A stretch of 64,000 nt of DNA, from contig CAWHWQ010000008.1 of assembly GCA_963833095.1 (NCBI GenBank), positions 32,001-96,000 of the forward strand. Reading direction: 5' to 3'. Below, one piece after another: positions 19,778-30,188 of the stretch; within the stretch, counting starts at the first letter, position 1, and the number at the start of each line of letters is the position of its first letter. The DNA is from Vulcanimicrobiota bacterium (GTDB lineage: Bacteria > Vulcanimicrobiota > Vulcanimicrobiia > Vulcanimicrobiales > Vulcanimicrobiaceae). The notes beneath the pieces are model-generated. The model was not told where the DNA came from, ran no database searches, and saw only the letters and a list, made by a program, of their open reading frames with translations. The position numbers were made by a program, and so were the translations under genes.

Positions 19778-20925
19778 TGCAGCGCGCGACGTTTCTCCAA
19801 GGCCTGCTCGCGACGACTACGCTCACGCCCGTAACGCCGCTGCAACAGCCGGTGTTGCAACAGCTCACGCATCGGCGTCAACGTGCCGCTCTCGGGAAAT
19901 TACGCGAACTACGGGCGTGAGATCGTCAAGGGCGTAACCGCCGCGATCGATGAGACCAACAAATTCAATGCGCACGCTGACCAAGGCGTACGGCATTCGC
20001 TACTTCGACGATCAGAACTCGGGTGCAATCGCCACGTCCAACGTGCTGGTCGCCGCCGCCGATCCCAGCATCGTCGGGATGGTCGGCAATCTCACGCTCG
20101 ACGTCACCATGACGGCGTTGCCACAGTACGCGAATGCCGGCTTCGCAATCGTGGTGCCGTCCGTTACGGCCGACAAGCTCACGCAGCAGGGCTATCACAA
20201 CATCTATCGCCTGCCGACCAACGATTCATCCGAAGGACGCCTTTTCGCAAGCGCCGTTCTACACGGTCGCGCGTCGATGAACGTGCTCGGCGTGGTCGTC
20301 GACGGCGACTACGGCCTCGAGGTCGCGCGCGCGTTCGTCGCGCAGGCCAAGGCCGACAAGCATACCGCCGACCTGCTCACGCTGGAATCAAATGCCGACG
20401 TCGCCGACTCGAGCGCGATCATCTCTCGCCATTCGCCCGGCGTATCTCTTCTTGGCCGGCCGTCCGGAGAAACTCGGGCCCATCGCGGTCGCGTTGCGCG
20501 CCGGCGGGTACACCGGACAATTCGGGTTGAGCGACAGCTTCTACACGGCTGACGTTCCCAAGAACTACGGAAAAGAACTCAACGGTGCGATCGTCGCTTC
20601 AGCGATGCCGCCGCTCGAACGCGTTCCCTCGATCATCACGTATCTCCAAGACTTTCGCAACGAAGTCGGTGCGGTTACCGCGTTCTCCGCTTACGGCTAC
20701 TCGGCAGCGCAACTGCTCATTCAAGCGTCGCAGCGATCCAACGTGACCAACCGCTATCAACTTCTTCAGCAACTGCAGCAGGGCGGAACCTATGGATTAA
20801 TGGTCGGACAGTATTCCTTCAACTACGCAGGCGACGCGACGCTGCCGAATGTCTACCTCTTCACGCTGACCGCCGACGGATTCAACTTCTACCGTCCCGC
20901 CTTCGAGAACGGCTTCGTCGCGTAG
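19777..20925 (+). CDS. Branched-chain amino acid (LivJ/LivK-type) substrate-binding protein; several frameshifts
   Basis: MQRATFLQGLL signal, GVNVPLSGNY..YG, FDDQ, ADPSIVGMVG, IYRLPTND, DYG, YGYSAAQLL; ATG overlaps the ubiA TGA. Confidence 0.85.
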
Positions 20926-20936
20926 CCGACGGTCGA

Positions 20937-21098
20937 CTACGCTTCGCGGCGCGAGTACGCATCTTCGGAGATGATGCGGACGCGATGCGGCGGCGGTTCC
21001 TTTGCGTGCAGCGGCGTATCGACGTCTTCGACGGAGAAGCCGAAGCCTATGCGCCACGATCCAAGCGTTATCGAGAAGTTCGTACCAAGGATTTCCAT
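20937..21098 (-). CDS. Small 53-aa hypothetical protein, last gene of the GntR-ABC operon
   Basis: MEILGTNFSITLGSWRIGFGFSVEDVDTP...; ATG 4 nt after the permease stop, with GGAGG upstream. Confidence 0.55.
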   Translation of the reverse strand: MEILGTNFSITLGSWRIGFGFSVEDVDTPLHAKEPPPHRVRIISEDAYSRREA

Positions 21099-21102
21099 GG
21101 CA

Positions 21103-22117
21103 TTACGCCTCCACCCGGCGCCACTGCACGATGGCAAGCGCACCGTAGATTAGCATGAGTCCAGAAACCGCCAGCGTGCGGGCCGTGTAGCTCCACCCTT
21201 CCGGGTGTCATCGAAGTTCCTTGGTGTGTGCCGGAGAGGTAGGTGAGCGGAATAATGCGCGATACCGACCAGAAGATCGTATGGAATGTTTGGCCGACGA
21301 TCGAGTCACCGAGCGGGATCTAGCTGAGCGCAATAATCACAAACGCGATCGGCCAGGCAAACCCGACAACCGCGCCCGCTCCGCGCTTGAATGAAGCCGT
21401 TGCTGCATTTAGCGCGGCATACCACGAGAAGGGCAGGACGATCAGCAGTAGGGTGATCGGATCGGCAAGCTGGCTGAAATCGAAGTGCGGAACCTCGAAC
21501 ATCGTCTGGCAGATGATCGCGGCCACCACGGTCATTGCCCCCGCCAGCACTATGCCCGCGAAATCGACACCGATGATCCCCAGCGCATAGCGCATACGCG
21601 AGACGGGTTTGAGGCAGGCGATTTCGAGGTGACCGTTCTCGCACGCAAACGATGCGCCGAAGATCGTCGCAAAGATCAAGCCGGCAAAGCTGGCGATGGC
21701 GAGGAAGATCACCACGTTCACGGGGGAGTTCGTGTCGACGTTAATCGTTTCGATGCCATTGGATACCGAGTCGTTGGCACTGATGGCTTCCGACAGCGCT
21801 CGGCTTGGGTCGTGCTTTTATGCGAGCTCGACGGCTGGACGATGTGGATGATGCGGCCGCCGTCCGGTTTTTCGTCGATCGTAATCGTCGTGTTGTCGCT
21901 CCCGACTCACGATCGTCGTCCGATTGACGCCGTTCACCACCGAATGGGAGATCTTCGTACCCGGCTCCTTGCTCACACGATCGATGAGATACTGGTCGTG
22001 ATTCAGTTGCGGCGTAAGGGAGACGCGAACGATCAAGCCGATCACGATCAGGATGCCCAGCACGATCGCATAGATGCGCAGTGCATTGCGAACGCGCAGC
22101 CATTCGACATAATTCAT
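21103..22117 (-). CDS. ABC exporter permease-like membrane protein; several frameshifts
   Basis: MNYVEWLRVRNALRIYAIVLG..., FACENGHLEIACLKPVSRMRYALG, C-terminal LIYGALAIVQWRRVEA*; directly follows the ATPase. Confidence 0.75.
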
Positions 22118-22120
22118 GAG

Positions 22121-23022
<902 letters not shown>

Positions 23023-23026
<4 letters not shown>

Positions 23027-23421
23027 GCGTCCTCCCGGAACCACCGGTCGATAGCGGCGCTGGATAGTTTTCGGATCTCGTCGGCGCTCAAGCCAATCGA
23101 CTTGGCTTCGCGAACCGCGGCCTCGAAGGCGTCCCGCGCCACGGAGGTCGCCGCGGCTTTGGTCGTCTCGATCGAGCCGTTGCCCCGGACGAACGATCCG
23201 CGTCCCGCCGCCGTCTCGATCACGCCGTCCCGCTCGAGTTCGCGGTAGGCCTTCGCAACGGTGTTGGGGTTGATCGTCAAGTCGAGCGCGAGCTGCTTGA
23301 CCGTCGGTAGCTGCTCTCCGGCAGCGAGAACGCCCAAGGCTACCGACCGCTTGACCTGTTCGATCACCTGAAGGTAGATGGGCACCCCGCTTCGGGGGTC
23401 AACCGTTAAAACGACCGGCAT
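23023..23421 (-). CDS. GntR family transcriptional regulator, YtrA subfamily
   Basis: PIYLQVIEQVK, GEQLPTVKQLA, INPNTVAKAYRELE.DG, GRGSFV; short C-terminus; precedes the ABC ATPase. Confidence 0.95.
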
Positions 23422-23427
23422 CGCGGG

Positions 23428-23532
23428 TTAGAGCTTCGGGCCCCAGCCTTGGAAGAGTGGGGTCGCCATGCGCTGCGGCTGGCAGACGCGCGATTCGCGA
23501 AGGTCTTCGGGATGATTGATGAAGCGTGTCAT
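23428..23532 (-). CDS. 34-aa peptide MTRFINHPEDLRESRVCQPQRMATPLFQGWGPKL (below the ORF-track cutoff)
   Basis: ATG at 23532 with SD AGAGGA; TAA at 23430, 6 nt before the gntR ATG; fills the space between the promoter and gntR. Confidence 0.65.
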   Translation of the reverse strand: MTRFINHPEDLRESRVCQPQRMATPLFQGWGPKL

Positions 23533-23554
23533 GTTCTGTTCCTCTGTTTGCGTC

Positions 23555-23617
23555 TAGTACTACTGTGCTGTCGTACTAGTACACTAGTACAATAGGACAG
23601 TAGCTCGCCACTGTCAA
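23555..23617 (-). promoter_or_regulatory. Sigma70 promoter TTGACA-N17-TATTGT with overlapping YtrA-type operator repeats
   Basis: -35 at 23612..23617, -10 at 23589..23594; palindromes GTACTAGTAC (23573..23582) and TAGTACTA (23555..23562); tandem ACTAGTAC x2 (23575..23590). Confidence 0.85.
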
Positions 23618-23655
23618 GGCGATCGCGGCAATTCTTTTTTGGCATGTCGGCAAGC

Positions 23656-23865
23656 TCGAGGGAGCGCGTCAACGGGCTACGCGAGCGGCGAGCACCCTGA
23701 CATTGCCAGTGCGAGACGCGAGCGTCTTAGTGAACCCCGAATGTCGAGCAGCCACGTGGTGAACCGGCGAGGCGCGTCCCTCGACTTCGCGGGTAACGCT
23801 TCGCGCTACCCGCTCTACGCTCGGGATGACAAGGGAGCGCTTCGCTACGCTCGGGATGACAAGGG
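23656..23865. repeat. REP-like/structured intergenic element with a 21-bp direct repeat
   Basis: CTACGCTCGGGATGACAAGGG at 23815..23835 and 23845..23865; TCGAGGGA (23656)/TCCCTCGA (23777) inverted pair; hairpin at 23789..23813. Confidence 0.7.
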
Positions 23866-23973
23866 GCGGATTGGGTACGCATTTCTGGAGGTCAGGGGTT
23901 TCTACGGATGATCCCGGGACGCCGCACCGGCTAGGATGAGTTCACCCAGAGACGCTTACGGAAGAGGACGACG

Positions 23974-25206
23974 ATGCGCAACCAGGCGCTGATCTGGAAC
24001 ACCGATACCTCACTGCGGGTCACGTCGCTTACGGCTCGGCTGCGCGGCTTCGCGGGGATCGGCGAGCGCAAGACCATCCTCCACGTGAGCGATCTCTGGG
24101 ACGGCCCAGACCCTTTCCCGATTCTTGCCCACCAGTGGGCGCTCGCGGGCGAGACGCTCGCCTTTGAAGCGCGCGTGCACGGAGCGCATTTGGCGTTCGA
24201 AGTCGAGCCGCTGCTCGACACGTAAGGCGCGATCGCCGGCGTCACCGGGCGCGCAGCCGAGATTGCCAACCCCGCCAGCTCGCTTGCAGCTGCATATCCG
24301 CACGCCGAACGCGCCGCGGGTCTTGGCACCTGGCACGAAGATCTGCGCACCGGGGCCGTCGCCATTTCCGAAGGCCTGGCGAATCTGCTCGGACTTCCGT
24401 ATGAAACGACGCATCTGTCGCTGCGCAGTTTCGATCATCCCGCCGATCGCGAACAGATCATGCGTACCCTCGCCGAGCACGAAAACGAATTCAGTTATAC
24501 GTGCGATCATCGCATTCTTTGCCAAGGTGGACGCGTACGGAGCGTCCGCGAACGCTTACGCACGATGTTCGACGAGCGTGGCGTGGCGATTGCGCGGGTC
24601 GGCTCGCTGATGGACATTACCGATCTTAAGGAGCGCGAAGCCGAACTTTGCGAGCTCGCCTTGCACGATGCGCTAACGCACCTGCCAAATCGGCACGCCT
24701 TAGAAGAGCGCCTGCGCGCCTCACTTGCCCGCTGCGAACGCAACGGTCGCCGCTGCGCCGTGTTTTTCATTGACCTCGACGACTTCAAAGACATTAACGA
24801 CGTGCACGGTCATGCTTACGGCGATCGCGTGCTCGTTGCGGTCGCCGATCGTCTCACGCGCCACGTGCGGGCTTCCGATACGGTCGCGCGCATCGGCGGC
24901 GACGAGTTCGTCGTCTTCATCGATGATCTCTATACTGACGAGGCGGCTGCCGATGCGGCCCGCAAGATCCTGCATAGCCTCGACGATCCGCTCACCATTG
25001 GCCAGGGCACCATTCGCGTTGGCGCCAGTATCGGGGTTGCAACCTATCCGGGCTCATGCAGCACGGTGCCCGCGCTGCTCGCCGCCGCCGATCGCGAAAT
25101 GTACGCAGTAAAGCGGAACGGCGGCAACGGTATCAAACTTGCCCCTGCATGGCAAGCCCACTCTTCACCGGCCCGGCCTCTATTCGAGAACCGCGAGAGC
25201 GCCTAG
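23974..25206 (+). pseudogene. PAS-PAS-GGDEF diguanylate cyclase interrupted by one in-frame TAA at 24223..24225
   Basis: ORFs 23974..24225 and 24460..25206 share a frame; read-through gives PLLDT*GAIAGV...GLGTWHEDLRTG...DHPADRE; HDALTHLPNR, FIDLDDFK, RIGGDEF. Confidence 0.75.
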
Positions 25207-26489
25207 CCTTCGTCCTCACGCTGCTCTTTGCGTTCCCGATCGCCACGCTGATCGGGTTCGTGATTCATGAAAGCGTCGGAATCCCCGAAGTGGCGCTCTT
25301 TATCGTCGTCGCCATGTTGTACGTCACGCTCGCGCGCGGACGTCTGATCGGTTCGTCGGTCATGATTCACCAAGAGCAATACCCGCGCGTCTTCGAGATC
25401 GTCAAAACGGCCTGCGCGCAGCTCGACATTGCGATGCCCCTGATTTTCGTACGCGAAGACAATTACGTCCCGGTTGCGGCGCTCGGTTTCGGCGAGCCGT
25501 ATTCGCTCGTGCTCTCGACCCACTGGGTCGAGCACTTCGAAGACGACGAGCTGGCTTTCGCCGTGGGTCGCGAGCTGGGGCACATCGCCGCGGGGCACAC
25601 ACGCTTTCTCTCGCTGCTCAGCGTCAACGGCAACGAGAATCCGATTATCTCGCTGATCTTCGGTGGATGGCTGCGCACCTGCAGTCACACCTGCGACAAA
25701 GTCGGTCTCCTCGTCTGCGGTTCGCTCGATGCGGCGACGCGGTCGATCGTGATCTCGTCATTTCACAGCTTCGGACGCCACATCAGCACGGAACAATTCA
25801 CCCAGCAAGGGCGTGAGATCGCAAGCGACGGCGTGCTGCGCCTGGGCGAGTGGATGGGCGGCGAACCGTACGCGACCCGTCGCATCGCCGATTTGGCCGA
25901 ATTCATCCACACCCTCAGTATGAAACGGCGCGTGCATGGCTCATGCGTGAAATTCCGGCGGAGCCGCCGAAGCTCGTCGCGGGTAGCGCCAACGTGACGC
26001 GTGCCGATTGCGCCGGCATTTTTCGCCGGTTTTGGTCGATCGCGATCGACAGCGGTGTCGTCGCGGCCGCTGTTCTCGTGTTCGCCGGAGCACATGCGAC
26101 ATTCGGCGCTGGGCGGCTACCTTACCGACGAAGACATCCACAACCTCACCCATTCCAAGTTTTTCGGCGAAGTGCTCTCGGTCTTTGGACGCTACAGCTC
26201 CAGTCCGCCCTTTTTCTTTACCGCGCTTTACCTGTGGCTGCTGGTCGGCATCGCGGGCCAAAGTTTCGGCATGATGATCACGGGACTACGGGTCGTAACG
26301 ACCGACTTTCGTTCACCCGGCCTGCTGCGTTCGCTCTGGCGTTACTTGATCGTCTTCTTTTTGTGGTGGTTGATCCTGCTCTGGGCGCCGTTTTCGCGGC
26401 GGATCATGCTGCACGATCGCTGGAGCGGGACGCGCCTCATCCGCGCGGAGACGATTATGGCGCGTGCGGCTGGAGTTGCAACGCGTTGA
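25149..26489 (+). CDS. M48 (HtpX/Ste24)-like peptidase domain with a degenerate zinc motif, fused to an RDD domain; frameshifts at about 25915 and 26090
   Basis: QYPRVF..V..AC..L, DDELAFAVGRELGHIAAGH; RDD motifs RRFWSIAID, GQSFGMMITGLRVV, LHDRWSGT. Confidence 0.8.
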
Positions 26490-26895
26490 TCGCGCGACTC
26501 AAATAGTTGTTCAGGCCGATCGCGGCGATGATTTCGACGCAGCCGCCCTCATCGTAATGCGCGCGGAGCGCCTCCCACACCGCAGGCGGCAGCGCGCGCG
26601 GTTCGCGCGTGAGCGCCACGGCCGCGCTGAGCGCAGCACGCTCGGCTTCCGAAAAATGCGGGCTGCGCGCGAAGTCACCGAGCGTCGTGAGCGTCGCTTC
26701 GTCGACGCCGAGGCCGCGCGCGATTTCCTCGTGCACGCACGTACAATACTCACACGCATTGAGCCACGCCACCATCAGCGCGATCAACTCCAGCGTGCGG
26801 GCCGGGAGCGTCCCGGACTCTACATCGCGTAGGTGCGCGGCAAGCGAACGCGCCAACTGCGGCCGCGCCGAAAGCGCGTCGAAGAGCCCTGCCAC
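26455..26895 (-). CDS. Carboxymuconolactone decarboxylase/AhpD-like protein
   Basis: ELIALMVAWLNACEYCTCVH, FSEAERAAL, LRAHYDE...EI. Confidence 0.88.
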   Translation of the reverse strand: MAGLFDALSARPQLARSLAAHLRDVESGTLPARTLELIALMVAWLNACEYCTCVHEEIARGLGVDEATLTTLGDFARSPHFSEAERAALSAAVALTREPRALPPAVWEALRAHYDEGGCVEIIAAIGLNNYLSRAINALQLQPHAP

Positions 26896-26905
26896 CGCTA
26901 CGCCG

Positions 26906-28288
26906 TTAGCCCGCCTGCGTAAGTTGGCGGAACCCCGCATCGCCACGCAGCATGTCGAAGCGCGGATCGTTCTCAATCGAAATCAACGACATGTGTCCAC
27001 GCATGCGCCGTAACAACTCGAGCGCAATTGTCCGGTCTCCGATCGCGGCGGCCGCGGCGATGAGGTCGGCGGGTTCGACGTCTTGCGCATGCAGCATCGC
27101 AAAAGCCAACTGTGCGCGTGCTTCTTGCACGCGGTGCTGATTCGCATAAGCATGCGCGAGCAGCGCCGAGGCCTCTGCACGGCAATTCTTACACGACGTG
27201 GCGTACTGCCGGTACGAGTCGATCGCGCGGATGAAGTTGCCCTCCGCTTCGTACGCTTCGCCGATGGTGGTCAGCACATCGGTGCGCTGCGGCGAAAGGT
27301 CCAGTGCTTGCCGCGAATAGGCAATTGCTTCACTGAAGTGGTGATCCAAATATGCTGCGGAGCCGAGCCACGCGCTGGTCGAAACCGAAAGCGGGTCGAG
27401 TTCGCCTGCGACTTGCAACTGCGCGAATGCCGCGCGCAGATTGCCCTGCTGGATCAGCGCCACGCCGTACCATTCATGCGCCGGCCCGTTGGCCGGATCG
27501 AGCGCGATCGCACGCTGCAATTCGCCGATCGCCGAGCCAAGGTTGTGCGCATCCATATTGATCAGGCCGAGCGCCGCATGCGCTTCCGACGAGTTGGGGT
27601 CGAGCGAGAGCGCAAGTCGCGCGTAGCTGCGCGCACGCGAAAAGTAGACGTGTGGTTTCTGACCGCCGTATTTGTAGTCGCCCATGATCGCATTTGCATC
27701 GGCAAGCGCCGCGTAACCGCGCGCATCGCGTGGATCGGTCCGAATCACCTGCGCGAAGTAGTCGAGACTGCGTTCGACGCCGACGCGCGTGCGCAGATTC
27801 CAATAGTACCGCCCGATCTCATAGACACGTGCGCCCTCGGACGAAAGGCCTGCGCTCGTGCTTCGATGCGCGGCTGCCAGCGTGAAGAACACTGCGCAGA
27901 TCACGGCGAATGCGGCCGCTCCCGTTGCAACGATCCAGCGTCGCTCCGGGCGAGCCGGAGGCAGCGCCGCGGCCTTCTCGGAGCGGCGCACGCCGACCGC
28001 GAAGCGATAGCCGCGCCGCGGAACGGTCTCGATCGCATCAAGCGAGGCAAGCGAGCGAAGCGTCTTGCGCAGCACATAGATGTTCTGCGCGAGGTTGGCC
28101 TCCTCAACGTAGCCTTCAGGCCAAATCCGCTCGATCAGTTCGTTTTTGGGGAGGACCTCGCCGGGATGCTCGATGAGGGCGAGCAACGTTTCCACGACCT
28201 TGGGCCCAAGCGGCACCGGTTCGTTCCGATGCAGCAACAATAAACGCTCGACGTCGAGCCGGAATGATCCGAACTCATAGGTGCTCAT
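26906..28288 (-). CDS. CadC/ToxR-like regulator: OmpR-type winged helix, one TM helix, TPR repeats
   Basis: YEFGSFRLD, LGPKVVETLLAL, VEEANLAQNIYVLRK.L, IETVPRRGYRF; TM WIVATGAAAFAVICAVFFTLA; TPR-like ALSLDPNSSEAH, AIALDP. Confidence 0.9.
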   Translation of the reverse strand: MSTYEFGSFRLDVERLLLLHRNEPVPLGPKVVETLLALIEHPGEVLPKNELIERIWPEGYVEEANLAQNIYVLRKTLRSLASLDAIETVPRRGYRFAVGVRRSEKAAALPPARPERRWIVATGAAAFAVICAVFFTLAAAHRSTSAGLSSEGARVYEIGRYYWNLRTRVGVERSLDYFAQVIRTDPRDARGYAALADANAIMGDYKYGGQKPHVYFSRARSYARLALSLDPNSSEAHAALGLINMDAHNLGSAIGELQRAIALDPANGPAHEWYGVALIQQGNLRAAFAQLQVAGELDPLSVSTSAWLGSAAYLDHHFSEAIAYSRQALDLSPQRTDVLTTIGEAYEAEGNFIRAIDSYRQYATSCKNCRAEASALLAHAYANQHRVQEARAQLAFAMLHAQDVEPADLIAAAAAIGDRTIALELLRRMRGHMSLISIENDPRFDMLRGDAGFRQLTQAG

Positions 28289-28357
28289 GTCATCGTTTCC
28301 TGTGGCGGGCGAACTCGTCTGTTGTCGTGTACAGTCCCGCGCCACAAGAGGTTTCGC

Positions 28358-29333
28358 CTAGGCGAGATAGGGTTCATTCGGCGCCACCGGGCCGAGGATG
28401 CGATCGATCTGTGCGACCAGATCCGCTCCCAGGTTGACCTCGCCCGCGCGGACATTATCGGCCACGTGTGTAGGGTTGGTCGCACCGACGATGGCGCTCG
28501 TCACCGCACGCTGTCGCAGTACCCAGGCCAGCGCCATTTGCGACATGCTCAGGCCGGTTTGCGCCGCCAGCGGTTTGAGTTGCTGCACGGCGTCGAGCAC
28601 GGCTTGAGTGAAATATTCCGCCATCATGTCGCGGTACGGACCGGCGGCACGCGTGCCGGCCGGAGGATGAGCGGCGTCGGTATATTTTCCGCTGAGGATC
28701 CCCATGGCCAGCGGCGACCACACGACGTTGCCAAGACCGTACTCCTCGCAGACCGGCAGCACTCGCTCTTCGATTCTCCGCCACAGCGCGCTGTATTGAG
28801 GCTGATTGCTGACCGGCACGGCCCAACCACGGGCGCGGCACAAGGTCACCGCTGCGACCAATCTGATCGGCATTCCATTCGGAAACGCCCCAATACAAGA
28901 ATGTTCCCGCGCGCACCAAGTCGTTCATCATCTCGCACGTCTCCTCGAGCGGCGTCGTTCGATCGAACCGATGGCACTGATAGAGGTCGATGTAATCAAC
29001 GTCTAAACGGCGCAGCGAGCGATGGACCTGATCGCGAATGTGTTTACGCGAGAGGCCGCGCTCGTTGACGCTCTCGCCCATCGGAAAGTAGACCTTGGTT
29101 GCCAAGACCAGCGCGTCGCGATTGAGCTCGTTCACGATCGGCGCAAGCACTTCTTCGGCAGCGCCCTTCGCGTATACGTTGGCGGTATCGATAAAATTGA
29201 CGCCGGCTTCCCACGCTTGCAGGATACACGCGCGCGACGTATCGCGATCGACACTGTTGCCGAAAGTCAGCCACGACCCGATGCCGATGACGGAGAGCTT
29301 GAGTCCGCTGTGGCCGAGCGTACGATATTGCAT
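28358..29333 (-). CDS. Aldo/keto reductase (Kv-beta-like); frameshift at about 28865
   Basis: YRTLGHSGLKLS.IG.GSW.TFG, IDTANVY, LATKV, SLRRLDVDYIDLYQCH, WSPLAMGILSGKY. Confidence 0.93.
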
Positions 29334-29338
29334 GCGTT

Positions 29339-30179
29339 CTACTGCGGCGCAAAGACACGCAGCGCCTTCGGGAAAACCTCGAAGGCGCGCCGGTGTCGTT
29401 CCGGCCGGTTCGCCGTCGGCGGTGATATGATGCGGCCGCCTCGTCACGACCTCGAAGCGCCGCGAGCGCAGCGTGCGTAGTCCAGGCACATCGAATGCGC
29501 GCCCGGTCAGCATCGCGTGCGCGATGCCGAATGCCTCGCGCAGATTTTCGATATCGACACTGTAGAGATCGAGATAGCCGTCGTCGATCGCGGCGCCGTC
29601 CACGTTCAAGAAATCCGCCGAAATGCTGGCTGTTCGCAACCGTGAGCTGAATCGTTCGCATCCGCTCGCTTCGGCCGTCGAAACGAACCTCGGCTCGGAT
29701 CGGCCGCGCATAGCGCAGCGCACGAAAAGGCCGTGGCGATCACGCCCCAAAAGCCGAAGCGCTGTTTGAGCTCGGTGGTCTGCAGGCGAGCAATACGGCT
29801 GGAAATGCCGATGCTGGCTTCGTTGACGTAGTATTGGCCGTTGACGCGCGCGGCGTCGATCGCGCGTTCGTGATGCGCCGCGATCGTAGCGGACCGCACC
29901 GCGAACGTCGAGCGGAATGCCGAGCGTGCGGGCGAGATCGTTGAACGTGCCCAGCGGCACGATGCCGAGCGGAAGGCCGCGCGTAATTGCCGACTCGATT
30001 GCACCGAGCAGTGTGCCGTCGCCGCCCGCGCAGATGATGCAATCCGCGTCCGCAACGACGTCGCTCGGCCATCCCGCTTCAACGAACTCAATGTTCGCTT
30101 CACGCAAAGCCGCGCGGGTAGCATCGGCCAACGCGCGAGCGCGCCCCGAACGCAGATTGATCACAAGTTGCGCGCGCAT
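29339..30179 (-). CDS. YegS/DagK-family lipid kinase; several frameshifts
   Basis: IN.RSG, CAGGDGT, GIVPLGTFND, NEASIG, VANSQHFGG, IDDG.LD, ADGE. Confidence 0.88.
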
Positions 30180-30188
30180 CGTTGAGCG

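Noticed and set aside
23815..23865. Direct repeat as a mini-CRISPR array
   Set aside because: Only two 21-bp copies with a 9-nt spacer, and no cas genes.
23639..23911. 90-aa ORF with a YARDDKG repeat
   Set aside because: It is the translation of the DNA repeat/hairpin element, has a TTG start without SD, and shows no protein-like features.
28455..30179. Apparent lipid kinase/aldo-keto reductase fusion (574 aa)
   Set aside because: The ORF drifts in and out of homologous sequence; the kinase ends at TAG 29339 in another frame and the AKR starts at ATG 29333.
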